DNA from: Callorhinchus milii
Taxonomy: Eukaryota
Direction of reading: 5' to 3'
Length of the DNA: 53,390 nucleotides
Assembly: GCF_018977255.1 (NCBI RefSeq)
Contig: NW_024705338.1
Span: 1 to 53,390, forward strand
Shown here one piece after another: positions 10,818 through 22,650 of the stretch (its first letter is position 1; every line of letters begins with the position of its first letter). The translations under genes and the position numbers were made by a program. The notes beneath the pieces are model-generated. The model did no database searches. It saw nothing but the letters and a program-made list of their open reading frames with translations, and was not told the origin of the DNA.

Positions 10818-11048
10818 TATCTGACAGGCACTATTTTACTTTACCGAGTGTTGACATCCCCAGCGTTTAACAGTACTCTCCTTTTTCGTATTTGATTGTC
10901 AGCCAACACTGGGTAAAACAACATGGGCATTTTCGTTCTCTTCTGTCATGTGCACCAACAGGGGCTTGCGCACAAACACGTCCACGTCGACGTCTACGTA
11001 CACCTCTTTTAGCACCCCCCCTCCCAATACGTTTCATTCATTGGCTGA

Positions 11049-11790
<742 letters not shown>

Positions 11791-12327
11791 TATATATGAT
11801 GGTAATTTTAGCTGATGGAACAGGAAATAATCGTGATTAAATGTATGTAAGTATACATTAATGTAGTATATATAAAGTAGAAACAAGCGGAGTGCCACAT
11901 GAGGCAGTTAATCTCTTGGATAAATCATACCAAAATAACGGGTACGTAACTTTCTTAGGGTGATATTGCATCTAAGCTGATACTTTTTTCTAGACGACTA
12001 AATGCGACATTAAACTAAGAACGTGTCAGGCTGTAGTCGCTGCAGCCTCATTTATTCACAACTTACACATTCAGTGCATTCTCTAATGAAAATACGAAAT
12101 GCAGTAAATCCTACTACACAGTCAGTAGCTACTACTGGCTCAGTAGATACTACTGCACAGTCCGTCGATACAACTACAGAGTCAATAGATACTACTTCTT
12201 CTGTTGTATGTAGGGCGTGTAGCTATATATAACTACGTTGGGGTAAAGATATTTTTGAGGGGGAGTCCACAATTTCCAGAAACCTTTGACATCAACTATT
12301 TACCGCACACTTTCTTTAACTTTTCAC

Positions 12328-12381
12328 GTGAGGTCCAGGCACACCAGGAGGTCCCATAGGACCCTGAGACCCTGGCACACC
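12328..12381 (-). CDS. Isolated 54-bp collagen triple-helix exon (GVPGSQGPMGPPGVPGPH)
   Basis: Exactly six Gly-X-Y triplets starting on Gly, phase 0/0, between a TGTTTGTTCAG acceptor and a GT donor. Confidence 0.65.
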
Positions 12382-13046
12382 CTGAACAAACACAGACACA
12401 GCTTTAATAAAAACGAGTATTGTATTTAAATGCCACACATTCATACATGTCAACCCATTCGGCTTACCCCTATTCTTGTACAGGGAAATTTTGATTTCCA
12501 GCTCCGTACGGCGTGCAGCCGTTTCAATACGACAAACACGTTCAGCAGGAGACATCGCGCCCGTTGAGCACGCGCTAGCTCGGCCACCTACTTGCTGCCC
12601 TGCAACGCAGTTACCCTTCACGCAAGTTGCCCAACTCGTGCAATCATCTCTGCGTAGGCCACGAGGTTCGTGCCGCCAGCGGCCGGCAGCGAAGTGAAGG
12701 GTGAACTCGAACGGCACTGCCTGGTCTACCGCTCACCGCTCGCGGCAGCGCAGCTACCGTCGAGTGCACAGGCGGTGCAACTGCGCCGGTGCGCCGGAGG
12801 GGTCGAAGCACCCGGGTGCGAACAGAGGGGGGCGGGTAGTTGCAAGCCCCGTGCCGGCAATGGTACGACGCTGACGGACGGTGAGCGGCGGCGGGTTCTG
12901 CGCCGCTACGTTGCTGGGGCAGTGCACCTCACGCGCTCGTGCGCAAGGCGCCGCACGGCGCAGTTGCCCAATCACACTTGGCTCGGTCGCGTGTCTCTTT
13001 GGAGAAGTTCCATCGTTACACGCCTCGTTCACCAAATGTGGTTTGA

Positions 13047-13550
13047 CGTTTACACTATGAGACATCTCCTTTGCCAGTGGCAAAATAGTGATAGGTTTTT
13101 ACCCTTTTCAACTGGTATAACAACTGACACCTTTATAGAAGGCATCATGTTTGCAATAACCACAACACAAGCAGTCAAAATGCAAACAAACAAGAAACAA
13201 CTCTGATGATGATAATGATATGCACTGTCCTTGAAGTTGATTGGTCCACACCCGAGACAGCTTTCCTTAGAGCCTAGTCTCCATTGGTGTTGGACCAGAT
13301 GACACCAAAAGGCGTACAACTCAAAGACAGCGCACTATCAGAGTATTGAGAGCTCGGGGTAAACATTTACACTATGAGACCTCCTTTACCAGTGGCAAAT
13401 ATAGTGATAGGTTTTTACCCTTTCAACTGGTACTGTCTCGGATGTGGACCAATCAACTTCAAGGACAGTGCATATCATTATCATCATCAGAGTTGTTTCT
13501 TTTTGTTTGCATTTTGACTGCTTGTATTGTGGTTATTGCAAACATGATGG
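13047..13550. repeat. Same family as 8162-8370: ~1.2 tandem monomers followed by an inverted partial copy
   Basis: 13047-13116 is repeated at ~13365-13431. 13433-13545 is the reverse complement of part of 13150-13260. Confidence 0.75.
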
Positions 13551-13930
13551 ACTTATGGCACTTGTTTTATTAAACTCTTGAATAAGATTTGGTTATAACT
13601 GTTGATGTTATGTAGCTGTAGATGTGACACAAACTATTGCTTTCTGAAAGATCTTGTAAAAGACAAGGGCAAAATTCACTTGTTTTAAAGTTTAATGATA
13701 ACAGACCACTTTGCATTACTTATAACTCCTGTTAAAAATGTTCATGAGGTAAAGATATTTAACTCATGGAAATTTAAGGTATTCTATACAGTTTGTTCAA
13801 TGTTATCTGACTGAATGAAAGGCAGAATTGCGTTTTTAGAGTTGTTCACGTCTGCCTGAGTGGCTTCTATTTGGTTACATTGTCATTTGAAAAATAAAGT
13901 TAATTGTGGCAATGAAAATTGTTTTAGAAC

Positions 13931-14553
13931 AGTGTGTGCTGTATGTGCTGTGTGTGTGCTGTATGTGCTGTGTGTGTGTGTGCTGTATGTGCTGTGTGTG
14001 TGTGTGCTGTGTGTGCTGTATGTGCTGTGTATGTGCAGTGTGCTGTGTGTGCTGTGTGTGCTGTGTATGTGCAGTGTGTGTGCTGTGTGTGTGCTGTGTG
14101 TGTTGTGTGTGCTGTGTGTGTGTGCTGTGCGTGCTGTGTGCTGTGTGTGTGTGTGCTGTGTGTGTGCTGTGTGTGTGTGTGTGTGTGTGGTGTGCTGTGT
14201 GTGTGTGTGTGTGTGTGCTGTGTGTGTGTGCTGTGTGTGTGTGTGTGTGTGCTGTGTGCTGTGTGTGCTGTGTGTGCTGTGTGTGTGTGTGTGCTGTGTG
14301 TGTGCTGTGTGTGTGCTGTGTGTGTGTGTGCTGTGTGCTGTGTGTGCGGTGTGTGTGTGTGCGCGCGGTGTGTGTGTGCTGTGTGTGCAGTGTGTGTACG
14401 TGTGGTGGTGTGCTGTGTGTGCTGTGGTGTGTGCTGTGTGTGTGTGTGGTGTGTGTGTGGTGTGTGCTGTGTGTGTGTATGTGTGTGTGTGCTGTGTGTG
14501 TGTGTGTGCTGTGTGTGCTGTGTGTGTGTGCTGTATGTGTGTATATGTATGTG

Positions 14554-14633
<80 letters not shown>

Positions 14634-14924
14634 GTGTGCTGTGTGCTGTGTGTGCTGTGTGTGCTGGTGGTGCTGTGTGTGCTGGTGGTGCTGTGTGTGC
14701 TGTGTGTGCTGTGTGTGTGTGTGTGTGTGTGTGTGCTGTGTGCTGTGTGTGCTGTGTGTGTGTGTGTGTGCTGTGTGTGCTGTGTGTGTGTGTGCTGTGT
14801 GTGTGTGCTGTGTGTGTGTGTGGTGCTGTGCTCTGTGTGTGTGTGCTGTGTGTGCTGTGTGCTGTGTGTGCTGTGCTGTGTGTGTGCTGTGTGTGTGTGT
14901 GTGTGTGTGCTGTGTGTGTGTGTG

Positions 14925-14961
<37 letters not shown>

Positions 14962-15168
14962 GTGTGCTGGTGGTGCTGTGTGTGCTGTGTGTGCTGTGTG
15001 TGTGTGTGCTGTGTGTGCTGTGTGTGTGTGTGTTGTGCTGTGTGTGTGTGTGCTGTGTGTGTGTGTGCTGTGTGTGTGTGTGTGTGTGTGCTGTGTGTGC
15101 TGTGTGTGTGTGTGTGTATGTGCTGTGTGTGTGCTGTGTGCTGTGTGTGTGTGCTCTCTCTGTGTGTG
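13931..15168. repeat. (TG)n/GCTGTGT compound microsatellite
   Basis: Visible directly. The Cys/Val and His/Thr ORFs over it are artefacts. Confidence 0.95.
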
Positions 15169-15176
15169 GTACCTCA

Positions 15177-15480
15177 TGGGGAGCAGTAGTGTAGCTGTTA
15201 GCGCTACGCTGCGCTACGAACCCGGCGACCAGAGTTCGATTCCTGCTCACGGCCAATACCAAGTGACTATTATCTGAAACTGTCCTGGGCATCCCCTAGG
15301 TAGACTCAACCTCAAATTAGTACCTGGTGCGATGTGCAAACATCGTCACTAGGGAGACAAAGGCGGTCGGGCGGGGTGCTGGCCACCCACCCCCTCGTGT
15401 AACATTTCGCCCTTCATAGGTGCTCGCTAACAGCACTTGCCCCAACAGTCTGTTAAGGCTACACGGGGGATCTTTGTCTC
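15177..15480 (+). mobile_element. tRNA-derived SINE
   Basis: tRNA-like head with B box GAGTTCGATTCC. Body is shared with 16411-16710 and 44866-45092(-). Confidence 0.75.
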
Positions 15481-16410
15481 TATTTACGTGACCGTGTCGT
15501 CTACACGCTGTCTGTTGATTATGTTAACGGCAGGCTTTGATTCCTAAAGCAATTAAAGAAATTGTGCCGTGTTTACTGAATGTGGAGGTATCTTTTTTTA
15601 ATAAACGAGACGACGCGTTGTCTCGTACAATTAAGGATTTCAACCCGAGTTTCATTGCGAGCCGGAGTTTTGGGGGCCAGGGCTCCGGAAAATATCTCCT
15701 GCCTGGTTATTCAGGCGAAGAGTGAAGGGGGGGGGGGATTCCATATTCCAATAGAAGTTAAACGAAAGGACTAACCGATAATCGATTATTATCGATTATC
15801 AAGCTAGTGATAATTGAAGTACAAACGTGCACATTATAATCGATGCTTTTCGATTCGACATTCGTGTTGTATGAATCAGGATTATCCAGCAGCCATGACA
15901 GGTCTCTGTATATGCAACGATGTTAAAATCATCGATTTTTTAAACACACTCTCATCGATAATCAGAATCACTAACAGGGGTCATTGCACGAAACGTCGTC
16001 GTCTCGTATATTGTTTTCATCTTCATGGCAGTGTTGTCGATTTTTTTTTCGTTTGAAGGGAGGGGGAGGGGTGGTGTCATCATTGTCAAGGATGACAGTG
16101 GCGGGGGGAGGGGGCGGGGGGATGGGGGGGCAGTGGGTGTCTGCGAGCTCCTATTAAGGCCGGAGCATCGCACTCCACGGAGGGATGCGAGTCAGTGTCG
16201 TGGCACGTGTGTAGTCGCACGATTGTGTGACGCACGCACGCACGCACTCACCGTGGTAGAGTAATCATTTTAGGCCGAGTGGACCTAGGGGACGCCCACG
16301 TCAGGGCGGCCGGAATGTTGAACGCGTGCGCGTCTCTGGGATGGTGGCGCTCAGGAGCGCGACGTGCGGCCGTGTGCGAGGCTGTTCGTGTACCCGTCTG
16401 TGTGTCGTGA

Positions 16411-16710
16411 CGGGGAGCGGTGGTGCAGCGGTTAGCGCGTTGTGCTACGAACCTGGCGACCCGGGTTCGATTCCCTCTCACGGACAAACACCGGTGACGA
16501 TTATCTGAAACGGTCCTGGGCCTCCCCTAGGTCGACTCAGACTCAATGAGTACTTGGTGCGATGTGTAAACATCGCCACTGAGGAGACAGGCGGCTGGGC
16601 GTGATGTTGGCCACTCGCCCCCTCGTGTGCCACAGTGCCGGCCTTCACAGGTGCTACTCGCTAACAGCACTTGCCCCTACAGCCCGTTCAGCCTTTACGG
16701 GGCTCTTTGT
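16411..16710 (+). mobile_element. tRNA-derived SINE (second copy)
   Basis: GGGGAGCGGTGGTGCAGCGGTTAGCGC...GGGTTCGATTCCC head with the same body. An additional tail fragment lies at ~16985-17040. Confidence 0.75.
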
Positions 16711-17299
16711 ATGCCCGTGTACCTGCGTTTACGCATGTGCGCTCGTACGTTCGCACGTACGTGTGTACGTATGCGCGGACACAAATGTATGCGTGGATGT
16801 ACTTGTGTATGTGCCACGTACGTGTGCGTCTATAAATATGCATACGTACACGTACGCGCATTTATGTGCATATCAGAACGCAGGTTTGCGTGCGTATTTA
16901 CCTCTGTGTGTAGTTTATAGAGACGCACGCGTTTCGAGCCAGCCTCAAACGAGAACCTCAACATCGGTCAGCAGCTTGCAGGCTTAACAGCAACTTGCCC
17001 CTACAGCCTGTCGAAGGCTACACGGGGGAACTTTGCCTCTGTGTCCCTATGAGTGAGTGTGTGTGGGGTGACGTGGAACTCGGAACTGTGGAATGTGGCG
17101 AGGTGGCTGGTGGGATTCTGGGGTGGTGGATGGGTGGGTGGGGGGAGGCGGAGGGGACGCGGGATGAAGTGTAGCCCGCGCCCGTTATCCATCATTCCCG
17201 GAGCGCCCGCACGCACACACGTCACCACGGCGCTTGTGCCAGGCCATGTGCACCTTGAGGCCACGTGAAGTGTCGAACGCCCGCTGGCAGGAGTCACGG

Positions 17300-17830
17300 G
17301 GCAGACCCAGCAGGTGCCACGGGTCGACTGACTGAGATGACTGGCTGATGCACCACCTGTGCCCCTACTGTGCCAACTTGCTGTGCTTTAGCCACCCGGC
17401 GCTCCGCTCGTTGTTGTGAGCGTCGCTCCTCCGCCCTCTGTTGTTGTTGGAGGGCGACTGCCTCCAACTGCCCAGTAGCGTCCTTCACGAGCCTCCTCCA
17501 CTGAGGCCGATCTTGACACCGCTGGTACCGGTCATCGGCAAGTCCACTCAGCTCCACGTCCTCCTGTACCGCATCACTCCATCTCCTCTCTAGCCCGTGC
17601 CCGCCCGTTTAGCCCCCTCGATCCGGCCGAACAAAAGCTGTTTAGGCATGCGGTGGCTGGGCATGCGGGCTACATGACCCAGCCAACGCAGCCTTGCCTG
17701 CCGGAGGAGCTCACCAAAGGGACTTTGCCCAGATCTTTCAAGGATTTGTGAGCTCCTCACACAATCCAGCCTGCCGGTTAAACCCAGGATGGATCGTGCA
17801 CAATACCCATGGCAAACATCACCCTTCACC
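17300..17830 (-). mobile_element. RTE-clade LINE 3' fragment
   Basis: LRQARLRWLGHVARMPSHRMPKQLLFG is the typical RTE ORF C-terminal motif. Confidence 0.8.
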
Positions 17831-18674
17831 ACCCACCATCTGCATGATATTCTCCCCGTGGATTTGTCTCCGGGTCCTCCGGTTTTCCCCCTCCACATTT
17901 AGAATCAACATCACGCGTTAGAGCGTTTGGCTGCTTTAAGTGTCCACGTCATCAGCCATTTCAATGTGGCTATCATTTGTGAAAGCCAGGTCGCTTCTGC
18001 AAGAGCGCTACGTCGCTCAGTGGGCCATGCTTTGTGAACTAAGACAGATGTTTGCGTTTATAGACATTGCAGCAGTCAGAGACGCACACGTTTAGATTGC
18101 AGAGAGGATCGTACCAGTTTCTTTTGTTCAGGGGGCTGGGAATGCGTTTGCTTTATAAAAGTGCTCTCATTTTCAATCTGCCCTTGAAAGCAATCGTTAA
18201 TCGAGTCCAGTCCTGCCGTCGTGTGTTTACTTAGCCACACTGGCGAAAGGTCACTCCTGACATTTCCATAACGAATGCAAGAGGCTTCATCGCATGCGAG
18301 AGAACGCCGACTCGTGCAGCGTGGCACTCTACGTTCTCTTCCTCAAACGAGTCTTTGCATTTGGACGCGTAAAATAGCCGATTTAATTTCCTGCAGCAAC
18401 AAAAATGTCAGATCGTATTCGTGGCATTTCCCCCCTCCCCCTCCGTGAGTAGCGCCTCGTGGATTTAATTATTTAATTAGGGAAGTTGCGGAAGCGGCTT
18501 TACGAGTCGCTCAAGCAACAGGGTTCACTCCCCACTCTCTACACGTGACCCATCTCCACGCGTGTGTCCAGTTGAACGCATTGGCTTTCTCCGCGTGCAA
18601 AAGTACTCAAGAAGGAATGTGACAAGTAACCGGGCATTACAGGTCACGTGACACTACAGGTGTGCTCACACCTG

Positions 18675-19045
18675 AGTGCGTGTGTGCGTGTGTGTGCGTG
18701 TGCATGTGTGCATGTGCGGGTGCGTGTGTGTGAGTGTGCGTGTGTGTGTGTGGGCTTGTGTGTGCATGTGTGTGCATGTGTGTGCGTGTGCGTGTGTGTG
18801 CGTGCGTGTATGTGCGTGTGTGTGTGTACGTGTGTGCGTGCGTGTGTGTGTGTGGGCGTGTGTGAGTGTGTGTGCGTGAGTGTGTGTCAGTGTGCGTATG
18901 TGTGTGGGTGTGTGTGAGTGTGTGTGCGTGCGTGAGTGTGCATGTGTGTATGTGTGTGTGTGCGTGCGTGAGTGTGCGTGTGTGTACGTGTGTGCGTGAG
19001 TGGGCGTGTCTGTGCGTGTGTATGCGCGTGTGTGCGTGAGTGTGC
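18675..19045. repeat. TG/CG-rich microsatellite
   Basis: Visible directly. Confidence 0.9.
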
Positions 19046-19376
19046 GGCTGCAGCTGTCGATGTGAAAGCGCGAGTTCGTGGACACGTGCAGGTCGGAGAC
19101 ATCGTCGTGACAGTTGAAGTGGCCACGTGCAGGGCACTGTGGTCTGGACGGACGATCGGGGTGGAAGCCGAACGAGGGAACGCGCCCGAGGAAGCGCGTT
19201 CGCCGTGGTAGTAGGCCGTCAGGTGATCTAGGACAAAGTGGCTAGAAAATGATTTTGGTTCCCACATCTGGGAACTACTTTTTAAATGATTTTTTTCAAA
19301 GACAAAACCATTTTCGACTTTATGTTAAAAGTTCTCCGCAAAATACCCTGCAGTTTTTTTTCAAAATCCATAAATG

Positions 19377-22300
19377 TGTAATAAAAGGACTCGAACACTT
19401 CTTTCTGTCTTCGTGTCTTTATTCGGGTTCTCGTCTTTACCCACACGGCACTCTGTTATAACTCCTGTATTTGTAGCCCCCGGCTATTCACTGTTATTGT
19501 AGCTTCTTCTTCCCTCCGACTCTCTGCTTCATCTACTCCCCTCTTCCCTGCAGACTCGCTGCTACCCTTGCAGACTCCCGCTGCCACTTATGTGCAGACC
19601 CTCCGGCTGCTACTGTATGCAGACCCGCTGCCCACTCTTGGTCTCTGCAGCCCCGCTGCTGACTGCAGCCCTTCCTGCTGCTCGGGTCGGTCACCGCTGG
19701 CCTACGGTGCCGATCCTCGTTGCTCCCCGTGTTCGTGGCGATCTCGCCACACCCCGCTTCGCCCTACGTGGCCTTCCTCCGTTCCTGGTTCCCCGTCACT
19801 CCCCTTCCTCTTCCGGTTCCCCTCCTTCTATACTCAACCCCTCTCCCCCCACGTGACCTAACTCCTCCCCCCTGACGGCACCTCCGAAGGGCCGTTTACA
19901 ACCGCATTACATCACCCTCCCCCTAAAGAAAATCCAGCCGACCTCGGCTGAATTGCAACCTGAAAAGCAATGCGGGTGTAAAGGGCCAACACGCAAAAAG
20001 ACACGAAGCATTGAAGAACATTATAACAATAACACAACACAACACAATCTAACGAAACGTGAGGGATTTCGAGCGAGTACGGGTAGCCGGGCCGTCCCGG
20101 ACGGTCGGCGGCCCACCCGCCGAGCGGGAACGTGGAAGGGTTTTAGGGGCGACGGGCGCAAGTTCTTCCGTCGCCATTGGAGGCCCGCCACTGTCCCGCT
20201 CGCGTCCAGAAACATCCCGTACTCGCGTCCGCGGAGGGATAGGAAGAGCTGCAGGTCCCGTGGGTTCTGCGGCTCACAAGCGGAAGGTCCTCCTCCCTGC
20301 GCTGTCACGGCCGGCTTGTCTGTGAAGGGTACGACAGGCGCTCTCGCAAGGTCAGCAGACACAGGCAAGGGCGAGTCGGCAGCAACAGACCCCGGCAAGG
20401 CAACTTCGGGAGATGACGCATCCGGCCGTGGGGCAATGTATGGCTTCAACCGGGACGTGTGCACGAACCAACGCCGTGCACCAACCTGAACACGCGCCGA
20501 CTGTGGGTTGGGAACCTCAATGAGGCGGACCGGACCCTGCCAAGGTCGATGTAATTTAGGAGATGTACCTGGCCGCACCTGTGGGCAATGAAGCCAGGCC
20601 AGGTCCCCCTTTTTCCAGGGACACTCCCCCTTTGAACGTCGGGCACACCGCTCATTCCTGGCCTGAGCCTTGGCAGTAGCCATGCGGGCATTTTCCCTCG
20701 CCTCAGCGACACGCCGAACGTTGTCCTTAATATACTCAGGAAGAGGCTTAACAGGCCCCCTCGCACCGGTTCCCAACTGGTCATGAATCGGCGGCACGTT
20801 CTCACGGCCGTACATAAGGAAAAACGGCGAGTATCCAGTAGCCGCGTGCGGCGTCATGCGATACGCCGAAAGCACCCCAGGGATATGCAAATCCCAATCA
20901 GATTGGTTTTCCCCGACTGTATGGCACAGCATGGCGGACAGAGTCCGATTCAACCGTTCCACCATACCATCCGTTTGCGGGTGGTAGGGGGACGTCCGTA
21001 TCTTTTTAGTTCCAAGAGCCGCACACACCTCCCCCAACAATTTAGACGAAAAGTTACGTCCCTGATCCGTAAGGAGCCTCTCCGGCGCCCCTTTGTCCAT
21101 TACATACCCAAATAGAAAGGCGTCCGTGATAGACGCCGCTGACTGGTCAGGCAAGGGCCAGGCCATCGGCCAGCGAGAGAGGTACTCCACCCCCACCAGT
21201 AAATACTTATTCCCTTTAGCTGATGGCGGAAAGGGTCCCAAAATATCTAACGCCACCAACTCATTAACCCGAGATACTTTAATCGATTGTATCGGCGGAA
21301 CATATGGATGTTTAGGCGGCTTACGGCGGGCACAATCGGGACACGCGCGAACGTGACCGACGACATCCGTCGTCATGCCGTGCCAATAATAGTCTCGTTG
21401 CAGCGTCAATAGGGTTTTCTGCACCCCCAGGTGTAAAAGTGTGTCACAGTGCAAAGATCTAATCAACTCATAGCGCAATGACGCAGGCACAACGAGACGC
21501 CAGTGTTCCTGTATCCCTTCCCTCCACATCAGTAACCCATCTCGGAGAGCAGTTTCCGAATTACCACCCGCACCGACTTCCTTACCCGCCTTCTCCGTTC
21601 GTTTCCGTAACGACACCAAAGAATCGTCCAACATTTGCTCCCGAATCCACACAGACCTTGGAAGACGCAAAATCCCGTCAGCCGGTCCCCCTTCAACCGG
21701 TCCCGGTGTAAGCGGAGTTCGAGAACATCCACTGCCCGCGCGACAGGCTGAGGGGGGGCTGAGCCGGTCCACACCTATGCGTCCCCGACGCACACGCACA
21801 AGGGGATTGTTGCGGCAACCTGGACAGTGCGTCCGCGTTAGCGTGACGCACACCCTTCCGATGGTGAATTTGGAAGGAGAATTCTTGCAACGTGTCCAGC
21901 CATCTCGCCAATTGTCCGGATGGCTGGTCCATCTTAAGAGCGTACTGCAAGGCCGCATGGTCCGTTCGGACAATAAACGACCGACCGTACAGATACGGTC
22001 GAAATTGGCGGAGAAAATACACAATAGCCAAAAGTTCCCTGCGAGTGACGCAGTAACGAGTTTCCGCGGGAGACAAAACCCGACTCCCGTACGCCACCAC
22101 ACTTCTGACACCAGTGTAATAAAGGACTCGAACACTTCTTTCTGTCTTCGTGTCTTTATTCGGGTTCTCGTCTTTACCCACACGGCACTCTGTTATAACT
22201 CCTGTATTTGTAGCCCCGGCTATTCACTGTTATTGTAGCTTCTTCTTCCCTCCGACTCTCTGCTTCATCTACTCCCCTCTTCCCTGCAGACTCGCTGCTA

Positions 22301-22650
22301 CCCTTGCAGACTCCCGCTGCCACTCTTATGTGCAGACCCTCCGGCTGCTACTGTATGCAGACCCGCTGCCCACTCTTGGTCTCTGCAGCCCCGCTGCTGA
22401 CTGCAGCCCTTCCTGCTGCCTCGGGTCGGTCACCGCTGGCCTACGGTGCCGATCCTCGTTGCTCCCCGTGTTCGTGGCGATCTCGCCACACCCCGCTTCG
22501 CCCTACGTGGCCTTCCTCCGTTCCTGGTTCCCCGTCACTCCCCTTCCTCTTCCGGTTCCCCTCCTTCTATACTCAACCCCTCTCCCCCACGTGACCTAAC
22601 TCCTCCCCCCCTGATGGCACCTCCGAAGGGCCGTTTACAACCGCATTACA
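19377..22650 (-). mobile_element. Ty3/Gypsy LTR retrotransposon, internally deleted (RNase H C-terminus and integrase only)
   Basis: Near-identical TG..CA LTRs at 19377-19911 and 22115-22650; TSD AATG; tRNA-Leu-type PBS TGGTGTCAGAAGTG at ~22100-22113; polypurine tract at 19912-19926. Confidence 0.93.
20021..22100 (-). CDS. Gypsy pol remnant: RNase H C-terminus and integrase, in different frames
   Basis: RNase H: RELLAIV...TDH...RW...ADALSR. Integrase: HHCC zinc finger, LDILGP / TDQGRNF / MVERLNRT (DDE) and GPY-like WQGP. Confidence 0.88.

Noticed and set aside
12660..12880. GC-rich exon-like stretch (TAG acceptor, GTGAGC donor) with faint Ig-like words (ASPVP, WYDADG)
   Set aside because: Needs several frameshifts and I could not assign a family.
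15177..15255. tRNA gene
   Set aside because: It is the tRNA-like head of a multi-copy SINE, with no proper cloverleaf.
13860..15292. 400+ aa Cys/Val and His/Thr ORFs (metallothionein- or keratin-like appearance)
   Set aside because: Open in nearly all frames because of the (TG)n repeat.
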